Shown piece after piece: positions 53,450 through 60,592 of a stretch of 60,592 bases of DNA. How positions within the stretch are numbered: the first letter of the stretch is position 1; every line of letters starts with the position of its first letter. Under the pieces are notes generated by a model that was not told where the DNA came from, did not search any database, and saw only the letters and a list, made by a program, of their open reading frames with translations. This DNA comes from Acidilobaceae archaeon (GTDB lineage: Archaea; Thermoproteota; Thermoprotei_A; Sulfolobales; Acidilobaceae): assembly GCA_026985435.1 (NCBI GenBank), contig JALSQL010000012.1, positions 1-60,592 of the forward strand, written 5' to 3'. Made by a program: the position numbers and the translations under genes.

Positions 53450-55891
53450 CTACTCTATCCAGTCGCCAGTCTCGATCTTCTCTGGGAGGTACTTGAAGGC
53501 GAGGAACTTGAGGCCCTTGCTGGCGAGCGCCTCTATCTCGAGTTTAGCCTTCTTGTTGAGGAATATCCTTATCTCCCTCATCCACCCCTTCGTGCGGAAC
53601 CAGCTGTAGTTCATCAGCTCCTTCGCCCTCCTGATGTCGGTCTCCTTCGCCTTTATTATGTAGTTCCTCCTCTCGGCCTCTGTGAGGTAGGGCTTCTTCC
53701 TCCCGTAGCCGAAGACGTCGGTCATGCTCACGCCGAGGAACCTGGCCTTCGGCGTTGCCAGCCTCTCGCTCTCGTAGCTGAGCTGTATCGAGCCGACCTT
53801 GAAGACGCTGTAGATGTACCACCCGTATGGGTCGCTGTTGTGGTAGACCACGCCGTAGGAGCCAGTGAAGGTGTTGACCCCCGGAACCGCCAGGTCGTAG
53901 ACGTAGCCGCTGTAGCGCCTCCTCCTAACACCGCTCACGGCGACGACTACAGCCCCGCCGAGCACTATGGGCTCTATGGCCCTCAGGCTGGGGGCTAGCG
54001 CCATGGCCCTCCTCAGCTTCCACTTCGCGAGCCTCCTGGCGGACCTGTTTATGTAGAGCACGCTCCCGTGGAGCAGGGCGAGCTCCCGCCTAGCCTCCTC
54101 CGGCACGGGTATCGAGTATAGTGGGTCCGGGCCCTCGCCAGCCGGCGGCGGGTCCTCCCCCGTTATAGCCCTGTAGACCTCCGGGGGTGTCCGCCTGCGG
54201 CTCGGAGATATCCTAACCTCCACCCTCTCACCGGAGCCCCCCACCGAGGGGTTCACACCCAGCGTCTGCAGCATGAGGAAGACCTGCTTCGCATACGCCT
54301 CCCCCCGGAGCTTGAGGACCACCTCGCCCGACCTGTCTATGTAGCCGGAGCCCTCGTAGACGCCGCGGAGGAAGGCCAGCTTCGCTATGGCGCCGCCCGA
54401 CATTACGGCCGCTGGCACCCGACGCCTGTCAACCTCTCCTATGCCGAGCGCTCCAACGGCGTCGACGCACCTCTTGTCGGCCACTACTATCACTGTCCTC
54501 CCCCGCCTCTCCTCTACGAACCCGCGGGCCCCGCACCTCCTGATGATGTCCATGTACTCCTCCACCCTGTCCGGGCTCGCCCGGCCTAGCGACGCCCGGA
54601 CATACCTCCCCCTCTCCACCACAGCCGACGCCGTGGCTAGGCCTGCCAGGGAGATGCAGCTGTAGCACAGCCTACCGTCGCTGACCGGGATCCTAGCGGG
54701 GCACCTCGACACCATCATGGATACCACGGCGGCTGGGTCGAGGCCTGGGCCCGCTGGCGGTATGCGCTCCGCCACCACCAGGTAGTCGCCCGGCTCCACC
54801 TCGCCCGCCGTGACCAGCCTCAGCCTCCCGTCGCGGAGAACGTAGAGGGAGTGGCCCCCCGTGGCCCTCACTACGCCGCGGCCCCTGGTCTCTATCTCTA
54901 CAAGCTCTCCACCCTCGACCCAGTGCCTGTAGGCGTACCCCAGGCCCGCCCACCTGACGAGGCCGGTCTCGGGGTCCCACGCGGGGACCCTGGCATCCAC
55001 CACCGCCCTCTCCCGGTCTCCGCCGGTGAAGCTGCCCGAGAGGAGGTCCTCTATCGGCCCCGCCTCCACGAGGCCCCCGGGCCCCTCTAGCATTACCACC
55101 TCGTCGCCGGGGATGCTGTCGGTTAACACGTAGACGGGGAGACCCAGCTCCTCGTTGAGCCTCCTCACGAACCTCCTGGTCGCCCTGTCCGGCTGGCCAG
55201 CGCCGGTTACGAGTATGGCCTTGTACTTCTTCCAGAAGCCTACCCTGTGGAGCTGCTGGAAGACGGCGTCCTTCTCGACTACTAGCACGAACTCGGCGTC
55301 CCAGTCCAGGAACTCTATGAGGTCCGGGGTGGACTCTATGGCGTAGGCGCCGTGGCCTAGCCTGGAGAGGTCTATGACGTCTCCCCCGCTCCGTATCCTC
55401 ATGTTGCCGACTACCTTCCCCTTCTCCTTGCTTAGGATGAGCATGTCCTCCCTTAGCATGCCGGTGTAGACCTCAATATCCCTTATGACCGCGTCGCTCT
55501 CCGCCTGCTCGTCCCAGGTGTTCTCCTCCCTGAGCCTCCCCCGGAGGTCCCTGTATACTATGGTGTGCTTCCCGCGGTAGTAGAGGTCTCGTATGGTGGG
55601 GTACTCGTTCTCTATCAGCGCCTGGTATATTATGCTGGCCATGAGGACTGTCTGCATGAACCTCCTCGCCTCCCCCATGTCCAGGAACTCCCTCTCCAGC
55701 GTCTCGCTGCCCAGCACGAGTATGCCCCGCTCGGGGTCGAACACCGTGTTCGCCAGGGTCCTCTTCGGAATCACGAGCTTGGGGGGTTTACCCTCCATTA
55801 TATCCTCGAGCACCCTCCTAAACTTCTCGTGTATAACCCTGGCCGCCCGTATGCGGGCCTCGAGGTCCACCTTGTCCGGAGCCGCTGCCAC
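53450..55891 (-). CDS. top6A: DNA topoisomerase VI subunit A (Spo11-like), intein-containing precursor
   Basis: Catalytic Tyr region IRDLYYRGKH, Toprim Glu in FVLVVEKDAVF, and a DxD motif split as VYVLTD / SDPYGWYIYS. 813 aa versus about 390 aa expected. Confidence 0.9.
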   Translation of the reverse strand: MAAAPDKVDLEARIRAARVIHEKFRRVLEDIMEGKPPKLVIPKRTLANTVFDPERGILVLGSETLEREFLDMGEARRFMQTVLMASIIYQALIENEYPTIRDLYYRGKHTIVYRDLRGRLREENTWDEQAESDAVIRDIEVYTGMLREDMLILSKEKGKVVGNMRIRSGGDVIDLSRLGHGAYAIESTPDLIEFLDWDAEFVLVVEKDAVFQQLHRVGFWKKYKAILVTGAGQPDRATRRFVRRLNEELGLPVYVLTDSIPGDEVVMLEGPGGLVEAGPIEDLLSGSFTGGDRERAVVDARVPAWDPETGLVRWAGLGYAYRHWVEGGELVEIETRGRGVVRATGGHSLYVLRDGRLRLVTAGEVEPGDYLVVAERIPPAGPGLDPAAVVSMMVSRCPARIPVSDGRLCYSCISLAGLATASAVVERGRYVRASLGRASPDRVEEYMDIIRRCGARGFVEERRGRTVIVVADKRCVDAVGALGIGEVDRRRVPAAVMSGGAIAKLAFLRGVYEGSGYIDRSGEVVLKLRGEAYAKQVFLMLQTLGVNPSVGGSGERVEVRISPSRRRTPPEVYRAITGEDPPPAGEGPDPLYSIPVPEEARRELALLHGSVLYINRSARRLAKWKLRRAMALAPSLRAIEPIVLGGAVVVAVSGVRRRRYSGYVYDLAVPGVNTFTGSYGVVYHNSDPYGWYIYSVFKVGSIQLSYESERLATPKARFLGVSMTDVFGYGRKKPYLTEAERRNYIIKAKETDIRRAKELMNYSWFRTKGWMREIRIFLNKKAKLEIEALASKGLKFLAFKYLPEKIETGDWIE
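53837..55117 (-). mobile_element. Intein (427 aa, LAGLIDADG-type) inside top6A
   Basis: Residues 259-685. Block A SIPGDEVVML, block B VVRATGGHSLYV, LAGLIDADG-like ISLAGLATASA and LAFLRGVYEGSGYI, block F/G YVYDLAVPGVNTFTGSYGVVYHN, then +1 Ser. Confidence 0.8.
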
Positions 55892-55910
55892 GCCCCTACA
55901 CCTCCCGGCT

Positions 55911-57623
55911 CTACTCTACCCTCACGTTCTCGATCACCGACTTCACTATCCTCACTGGGTCTGGCCTCTCGCCGTCAACCGCGGGCACCTCCACGTTCTC
56001 AGCCACTATCCTGACCAGGGCCTCCACTATCTCCCTCTCCTCCTCCGGCCTGGGCGGCTCCCACCTGTCAGGGGGCTTGCTGAGGACCGCCAGGCTCCTG
56101 GCCACCTCCGGTATGTACTTGGATATCGTCACTATCTTCCTCCTGACCTCGGCCTCCCTCTTCTTCCTGCTCAGGTAGGCCCTCAGCCTCCTGGCTACCT
56201 CCTGCACCGCCGCCCTGATCTCGGCCTCGATCTCGGGGACCTCGCTTATGCTCTCCTTGCCTACCCCCTTGTAGGGCACCTTCGTGCTGGCTATGTGCAC
56301 GAGGACCACCAGCGGGGCTGGGAAGTCCACCCCGTAGAGCTTCCAGTTGATCCTGGAGACGACCTTCCACGACACGTCCTCCCTCTCCTCGTAGAGTAGC
56401 GGGATCTTGTTGGCGTACCTCAGGAGGAGCGGCTCGTCCCTAGGCTTGATGGCGCCCCCGTAGGCTATCCCGGCCTCCACTATGAAGGGGTGCCCCTCGT
56501 AGGCCTTGGGGCTCCTGGTGACGGCTCCGACCCACTCGGGGGCGAACAGCCTCCTCAGCCCTATCACTATCAGGTCCTCGCCTATCGGGCTTAGGTAGTC
56601 GCTCCTCGGGGCCCTGAACTCGCGGTACGTCCTCATCCTGTCGGCCAGCAGGCCCAGCAGCTTCCCGTTGCCCTTGTCGAGGAGCCTCTTCGGGTTCATG
56701 TCGGGCTCCAGCCCGACGTCGGCAAGGAACTTCTCGGCGGTCTTCACGCCAACGCTCTGGAACTCCTCGACCAGCATGTCCCTCAGCGTCTTGGCGCTCG
56801 TACTCTTTATTATCATCTTAAGCTGCTCTAGGTCGACCCCGTGCGGGTGCGGCTTCGCCTCCCTGGGCGGCCTCGGCATCTTCCTGGTCGTCCTCGGGTA
56901 GTGGTAGACCGTCCCATCGGGCGTTATCAGCGTTATTGTGGCGTATGGTGCTATGATGGCGGTGCGCTCTATGTACTCCACGATCCTACTCCTAGCCCTG
57001 GGCCAGTCCCCCTGGAGGGTTATGGAGACCCTGGTGCCGTGCCACTTGCCCCTCCTCCTCCACTGGGCCTCCTCCACTATGACCGGCCTATTCTTACTCA
57101 TGTCTATGAAGAGCCTCTTCATGTACACGTAGGGGCTGCCCACGGGGGCGCTCACAACCTCCACCGGCTGCCCGGCGGTGGCCTGGCCGTAGAGCACGGC
57201 CGCCTTGACTCCCAGCCCGTACATGCCCCTGGTCTGGCGTATCACGTACTTGCTGCTGTAGAGCACCTTCCCGAAGGCGTTCGCTATCTCCGTGGCCGGG
57301 ACGCCTATGCCGTTATCCTCCACCGTCACGGTGTAGCGGGGGGGCGCCCTCGACTCGCCGCGGGGCGCCAGGTCCGGGCGCTCCCTGATCTCCACCCGTA
57401 TCTCGGGGAGTATCCCGTGGGTGTCGGTGGCGTCCAGCGCGTTCTCCACCAGCTCCCTAACCGTCTGGTACAGCGCCCTCGTCGGGTTCGCGAACCCGGC
57501 CAGCTCCTTGTTCTTGGCGAAGAACTCGGCTACGCTCATCTCGCGGTAGCGCTCCTTGGCCTGCCCGCCCTCCCTGGCCTTCGCCCTGGCTCTGGGCAAC
57601 CCGTCGTTACCCGTAGACGCCAC
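55911..57623 (-). CDS. top6B: DNA topoisomerase VI subunit B (GHKL ATPase)
   Basis: Bergerat-fold motifs [20 protein letters not shown] and [12 protein letters not shown]. 19-nt gap to top6A. Confidence 0.9.
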   Translation of the reverse strand: MASTGNDGLPRARAKAREGGQAKERYREMSVAEFFAKNKELAGFANPTRALYQTVRELVENALDATDTHGILPEIRVEIRERPDLAPRGESRAPPRYTVTVEDNGIGVPATEIANAFGKVLYSSKYVIRQTRGMYGLGVKAAVLYGQATAGQPVEVVSAPVGSPYVYMKRLFIDMSKNRPVIVEEAQWRRRGKWHGTRVSITLQGDWPRARSRIVEYIERTAIIAPYATITLITPDGTVYHYPRTTRKMPRPPREAKPHPHGVDLEQLKMIIKSTSAKTLRDMLVEEFQSVGVKTAEKFLADVGLEPDMNPKRLLDKGNGKLLGLLADRMRTYREFRAPRSDYLSPIGEDLIVIGLRRLFAPEWVGAVTRSPKAYEGHPFIVEAGIAYGGAIKPRDEPLLLRYANKIPLLYEEREDVSWKVVSRINWKLYGVDFPAPLVVLVHIASTKVPYKGVGKESISEVPEIEAEIRAAVQEVARRLRAYLSRKKREAEVRRKIVTISKYIPEVARSLAVLSKPPDRWEPPRPEEEREIVEALVRIVAENVEVPAVDGERPDPVRIVKSVIENVRVE

Positions 57624-57663
57624 GCGTGTGGAGGGCTTTAAGCTGGAGGAGCCCCACGGGCCG

Positions 57664-58641
57664 CTAGCCCCCGAGCAGCGCGGCAGCGATTATGGGGAGT
57701 GTCAGGGTGGCGTCGCCGTAGACGACGACCTTCCTCGCCCTCGGCTTCACCTTCCCCCAGCTTATGGCCTCCCGCGGGTGGGCCCCGCTCAGGCTGCCGT
57801 CGTACTCGACCGCCGTGGTCAGGTATACAACGTAGTCCAGCCCGCCGCGGAACTGGCTCCACCATATGGTGTGGTGCTTGCTTATCCCCCCGCCCACGAT
57901 CAGGGCGGCCGCCTCGCCCTCGCTCGGGAAGAATAGGTCCGCGAGGGCGGCCATGTCCGAGTAGTAGTCTACCTCGACCCTGCTACCCCTCTGAGCCTCC
58001 ATGAAGAGGGCGGTCCCGAAGGCGCCGTCGGGCCAGCCCGGCACGAACACCCTAACGCCCCTCCTATGGGCCGCCGCCAGGATGCTGCCACTAGCCCCCC
58101 GGGACTCGAGCATCTCCCCCGCGAGGTCCAGGAGCCTGTAGAGAGGCCAGCGGGCCCCTCCCCTGCGGAGCGCCTCGGCGACTAGCTCCCTTACGAACCC
58201 CTCGACCGGCGGCCCGTAGTCGCTGAGCGGTATGAAGACGTTGCCGAGCCTATGGTAGCCCTCCTCGTAGAGCTTCGAGTCGTCCGCCTCAAAGTAGCCC
58301 CGGAGGTACCTGCCCCCGAGGGCCCTGGCGATGTCGTGGTCGAGCGCCCCCGCGGTGGTTATGGCCACGTTGAAGAGGCCGGAGTCGAGCAGGTCAGCCA
58401 GCACCCCGCGGAGCCCCGTGGCGACGAGGTTAGCCGTGAAGGAGATGACGCGGAGCCTAGACCTCCCCAGGCCCTCGCGGAGCACCTCGACGGCCTCGGC
58501 CAGGTGGCCCGCCATGAACCCGTGTATGTCACGGTACGCCCTCACGAGGTCCCCGACGCTCATAGAGCCCCTGACGTGTACGTCCCTAACCTCCTCGAAG
58601 CCCCCAGCCACACCCCGGCACCCACACGCCACCCCCGCCAC
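57664..58641 (-). CDS. dys: Deoxyhypusine synthase
   Basis: [39 protein letters not shown], and GGGISKHH near the C-terminus. Confidence 0.9.
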   Translation of the reverse strand: MAGVACGCRGVAGGFEEVRDVHVRGSMSVGDLVRAYRDIHGFMAGHLAEAVEVLREGLGRSRLRVISFTANLVATGLRGVLADLLDSGLFNVAITTAGALDHDIARALGGRYLRGYFEADDSKLYEEGYHRLGNVFIPLSDYGPPVEGFVRELVAEALRRGGARWPLYRLLDLAGEMLESRGASGSILAAAHRRGVRVFVPGWPDGAFGTALFMEAQRGSRVEVDYYSDMAALADLFFPSEGEAAALIVGGGISKHHTIWWSQFRGGLDYVVYLTTAVEYDGSLSGAHPREAISWGKVKPRARKVVVYGDATLTLPIIAAALLGG

Positions 58642-58687
58642 CCAGGTTTAATGCTGGCCGCCGCCCGGCCCCGCTAGGAGGCAGGCC

Positions 58688-59464
58688 GTGCCCGGCAGGC
58701 TGCTAGTCGTGGCCGGCGCCACGCTCGACTCGGTCGACGGTGGCCCCTGGAGGCCCGGGGGGCCGGGCCTCTACGCCGCCGCCGCAGCCGGGGCCCTGGG
58801 CTGTAGCGTGGACGTACTCGGCCCCCTGGGGGTGGATGACGCCTGGCTGGTGGCGCGGGCCTACAGGTCCCTCGGGGCACGCCTCCTCGGCCCGCTAACC
58901 CCGGGGTGCAGCTACAGGTTCAGGCACGCCTACACGCCCGGCGGGAGGGTCTCCAGGGTTGAGTGCCGCCCGGCCCCCCTGGGGCCCGATAGCCTCGCGG
59001 CCGCCGGGCTGGACGGGTACGACGCCCTGCTCGTCAGCCCGGTCCACTGCGAGGTGAGCCCCGAGGCCGCCGCCCACCTGGCGGTCAACGCACCCGCGGC
59101 CGTGAGGGCCCTCGACGTCCAGGGGTTCGCGAGGTGCTACGGCCACATACCATCGAGGGCCCTCGGCGGCTACACGGTAGTGCATGCCTCTAGCGACGAC
59201 ACCCCGCGCCCCCCACGGGCCCGGGCCGGCCTTGTGGCGTACACCCTCGGGCCCGGGGGCGGCGTCCTCCTGAGCCCTAGGGGCGTGGAGGCCAGGATAC
59301 CGGAGCCCCCCAGGCTACTAGGCGACCCGACGGGGGCGGGCGACGCCTTCACAGCGTCGCTAGCCTGCCTGCTCTCGGAGGGCCTCAGCCCCGGCGAGGC
59401 CGCTGGGCTGGCGGTCGAGGCGACCGTTGAGGCCCTGGAGGCCGCTCGGGCTCAGGGCTTTTGA
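58688..59464 (+). CDS. PfkB-family carbohydrate/nucleoside kinase (short)
   Basis: C-terminal signature DPTGAGDAFTASL. 258 aa is short for the family. Confidence 0.7.
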   Translation: MPGRLLVVAGATLDSVDGGPWRPGGPGLYAAAAAGALGCSVDVLGPLGVDDAWLVARAYRSLGARLLGPLTPGCSYRFRHAYTPGGRVSRVECRPAPLGPDSLAAAGLDGYDALLVSPVHCEVSPEAAAHLAVNAPAAVRALDVQGFARCYGHIPSRALGGYTVVHASSDDTPRPPRARAGLVAYTLGPGGGVLLSPRGVEARIPEPPRLLGDPTGAGDAFTASLACLLSEGLSPGEAAGLAVEATVEALEAARAQGF

Positions 59465-59504
59465 TCCCGCCCCCGCGCTGGGGGCTGGGAGGGGGTTGGC
59501 CGCG

Positions 59505-59786
59505 GTGCACGACCCTCTAGAGGCGGCCCTCCGCAGGTCCATGCAGAGGCGCGGCGTGTTCACCGACCCCTTCACCTTGATGGAGGTGGCCACGCTCCTG
59601 CGCCGCCTGGCCGAGGGGGGCCCGGGGAGCGTGGAGGGCGAGAAGGGTAGCCTGATACTTGAGAGCACCATATCCCACCTGGCCCTGGTCTTCGAGAAGA
59701 TAAACGTCGAGAGGCCGAGGGAGAAGGCGGAGGCGGTGGTGCTCGACGCCCTGAGGGAGTGCTGGTCAACCGGCTGTAGGGGCTAA
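59505..59786 (+). CDS. Hypothetical protein
   Basis: About 93 aa from the GTG at 59505. The track ORF from 59427 overlaps the kinase gene. No motif recognised. Confidence 0.25.
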   Translation: MHDPLEAALRRSMQRRGVFTDPFTLMEVATLLRRLAEGGPGSVEGEKGSLILESTISHLALVFEKINVERPREKAEAVVLDALRECWSTGCRG

Positions 59787-59854
59787 CGGCGCCGGGGGCT
59801 GCGAAATATGAAGCTCCAGCCCCGCCACGGTCACCCGCGGGGGGTGGCCGGGGG

Positions 59855-60592
59855 GTGGCGGGGCTTCGGGTGGCGTTTGTCTCGACCTACCCTCCCATAC
59901 ACTGCGGGGTGGGCGAGTACACCAGGATGCTCCTCTCGGCTATGAGCGAGCGGGAGCCAGGCCTGGAGCCGCTTGTCCTGGCGGAGGCGGGTGTGGGTGG
60001 GGGGTACAGGGATGAGCCCTCGGGCGCGCTGGTGGTGCCCTCGTTCCGCCAGGCTGACCCCTCAAGCCTCCGCGGGGTCGTGGATAGGCTTCAGGAGTAT
60101 GGCCCGGTTGACGTTATCCACGTCCAGCACGAGTACGGTATCTTCGGGAGGGGGGATGAGATCGTCCGCGTAGCAGACGAGGCTAGGAGGGAGCGCCTGG
60201 CCAGGGCCGTTGTGTTCACTATGCACACCGTGTACCACCCCCTCACGGCTGACCACGGCGAGGATAGGGTCCAGGACGCCGTGCTCTCTGAGGCTGACGG
60301 GGTGATAGTCCACAGCGCCCAGCAGGAGTTCGAGCTCCACGCCCAGCTGGGCGGGTACCCCTCGAACCTCCACAGGATCCCCCACGGGACCAGCGTGAAC
60401 CCCTACCTCAGCACGCCGAGGCGGGTGCTCGCCAGGAGGCTCGGCCTCGAGGGGGCGCTTGAGGGCAGGATGGTGCTTAGCCTGGTCGGCTTCATAAGGC
60501 CTGACAAGGGGCTGGACACGCTGCTGGAGGCGCTCGAGGAGCTCGACGCGGGCGACAGGCTCGCCGTAATCGTGGGCGGCGAGGTTAGGGAC
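59855..60592 (+). CDS. Glycosyltransferase family 4 (partial, runs off window end)
   Basis: Open frame not in the ORF track because it has no stop. Reads LRVAFVSTYPPIHCGVGEYTRML...IHVQHEYGIF...VHSAQQE...LVGFIRPDKGLDTLLEAL, a typical GT4 N-terminal domain and start of the C-domain. Confidence 0.7.
   Translation, partial: MAGLRVAFVSTYPPIHCGVGEYTRMLLSAMSEREPGLEPLVLAEAGVGGGYRDEPSGALVVPSFRQADPSSLRGVVDRLQEYGPVDVIHVQHEYGIFGRGDEIVRVADEARRERLARAVVFTMHTVYHPLTADHGEDRVQDAVLSEADGVIVHSAQQEFELHAQLGGYPSNLHRIPHGTSVNPYLSTPRRVLARRLGLEGALEGRMVLSLVGFIRPDKGLDTLLEALEELDAGDRLAVIVGGEVRD

Noticed and set aside
1-60592. CRISPR arrays, IS elements, integrases, rRNA genes
   Set aside because: I scanned the intergenic regions and ORF translations. 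No regularly spaced repeats, no transposase or integrase-like proteins and no rRNA-like conserved stretches were seen.

Overview
60.6-kb chromosomal segment of a high-GC archaeon. Hand-counted sample lines are mostly 60-75% GC. The gene content is archaeal: Spt5, aIF1A, P0, Top6A/B, deoxyhypusine and diphthine synthases, and a tungsten-type AOR. The Arg/Ala/Leu/Gly/Glu-rich proteins suggest a hyperthermophilic crenarchaeon of the Desulfurococcales (Aeropyrum-like); that placement is inference only. All calls rest on reading the ORF translations and the DNA by eye against remembered family motifs. No database search was run. About 60 genes are packed tightly on both strands. Housekeeping blocks are secE-spt5-rpl11 / rpl1-rplP0, nmd3-aIF1A-rio1-KH, alaS, top6B-top6A, dys, dph5, pdxS-pdxT, gcvH, speE, proC, AOR, malic enzyme and one tRNA-Gly(GCC). 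Six things stand out. (1) A 427-aa intein splits the Toprim DxD motif of Top6A. (2) A minus-strand four-gene cluster encodes a secreted helical-repeat protein with a Gly/His/Cys/Trp/Met tail, a membrane-tethered winged-helix regulator with an extracellular domain, and a NatAB-like ABC-2 exporter. This is my best candidate for an undescribed sensing/export module. (3) A 1680-aa membrane-anchored, stalked subtilisin-like protease lies behind a 311-bp AT-rich leader full of TATAC palindromes, next to an Lrp/AsnC regulator. (4) A paralogous multi-domain surface-protein gene is decayed by frameshifts and in-frame stops inside a low-GC island that also holds a frameshifted ACT-domain gene. (5) A candidate C/D-box sRNA exactly fills an 80-nt convergent intergenic gap. 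(6) Four convergent gene pairs share palindromic CTAG stop-stop overlaps. No rRNA, CRISPR array, transposase or integrase was seen.
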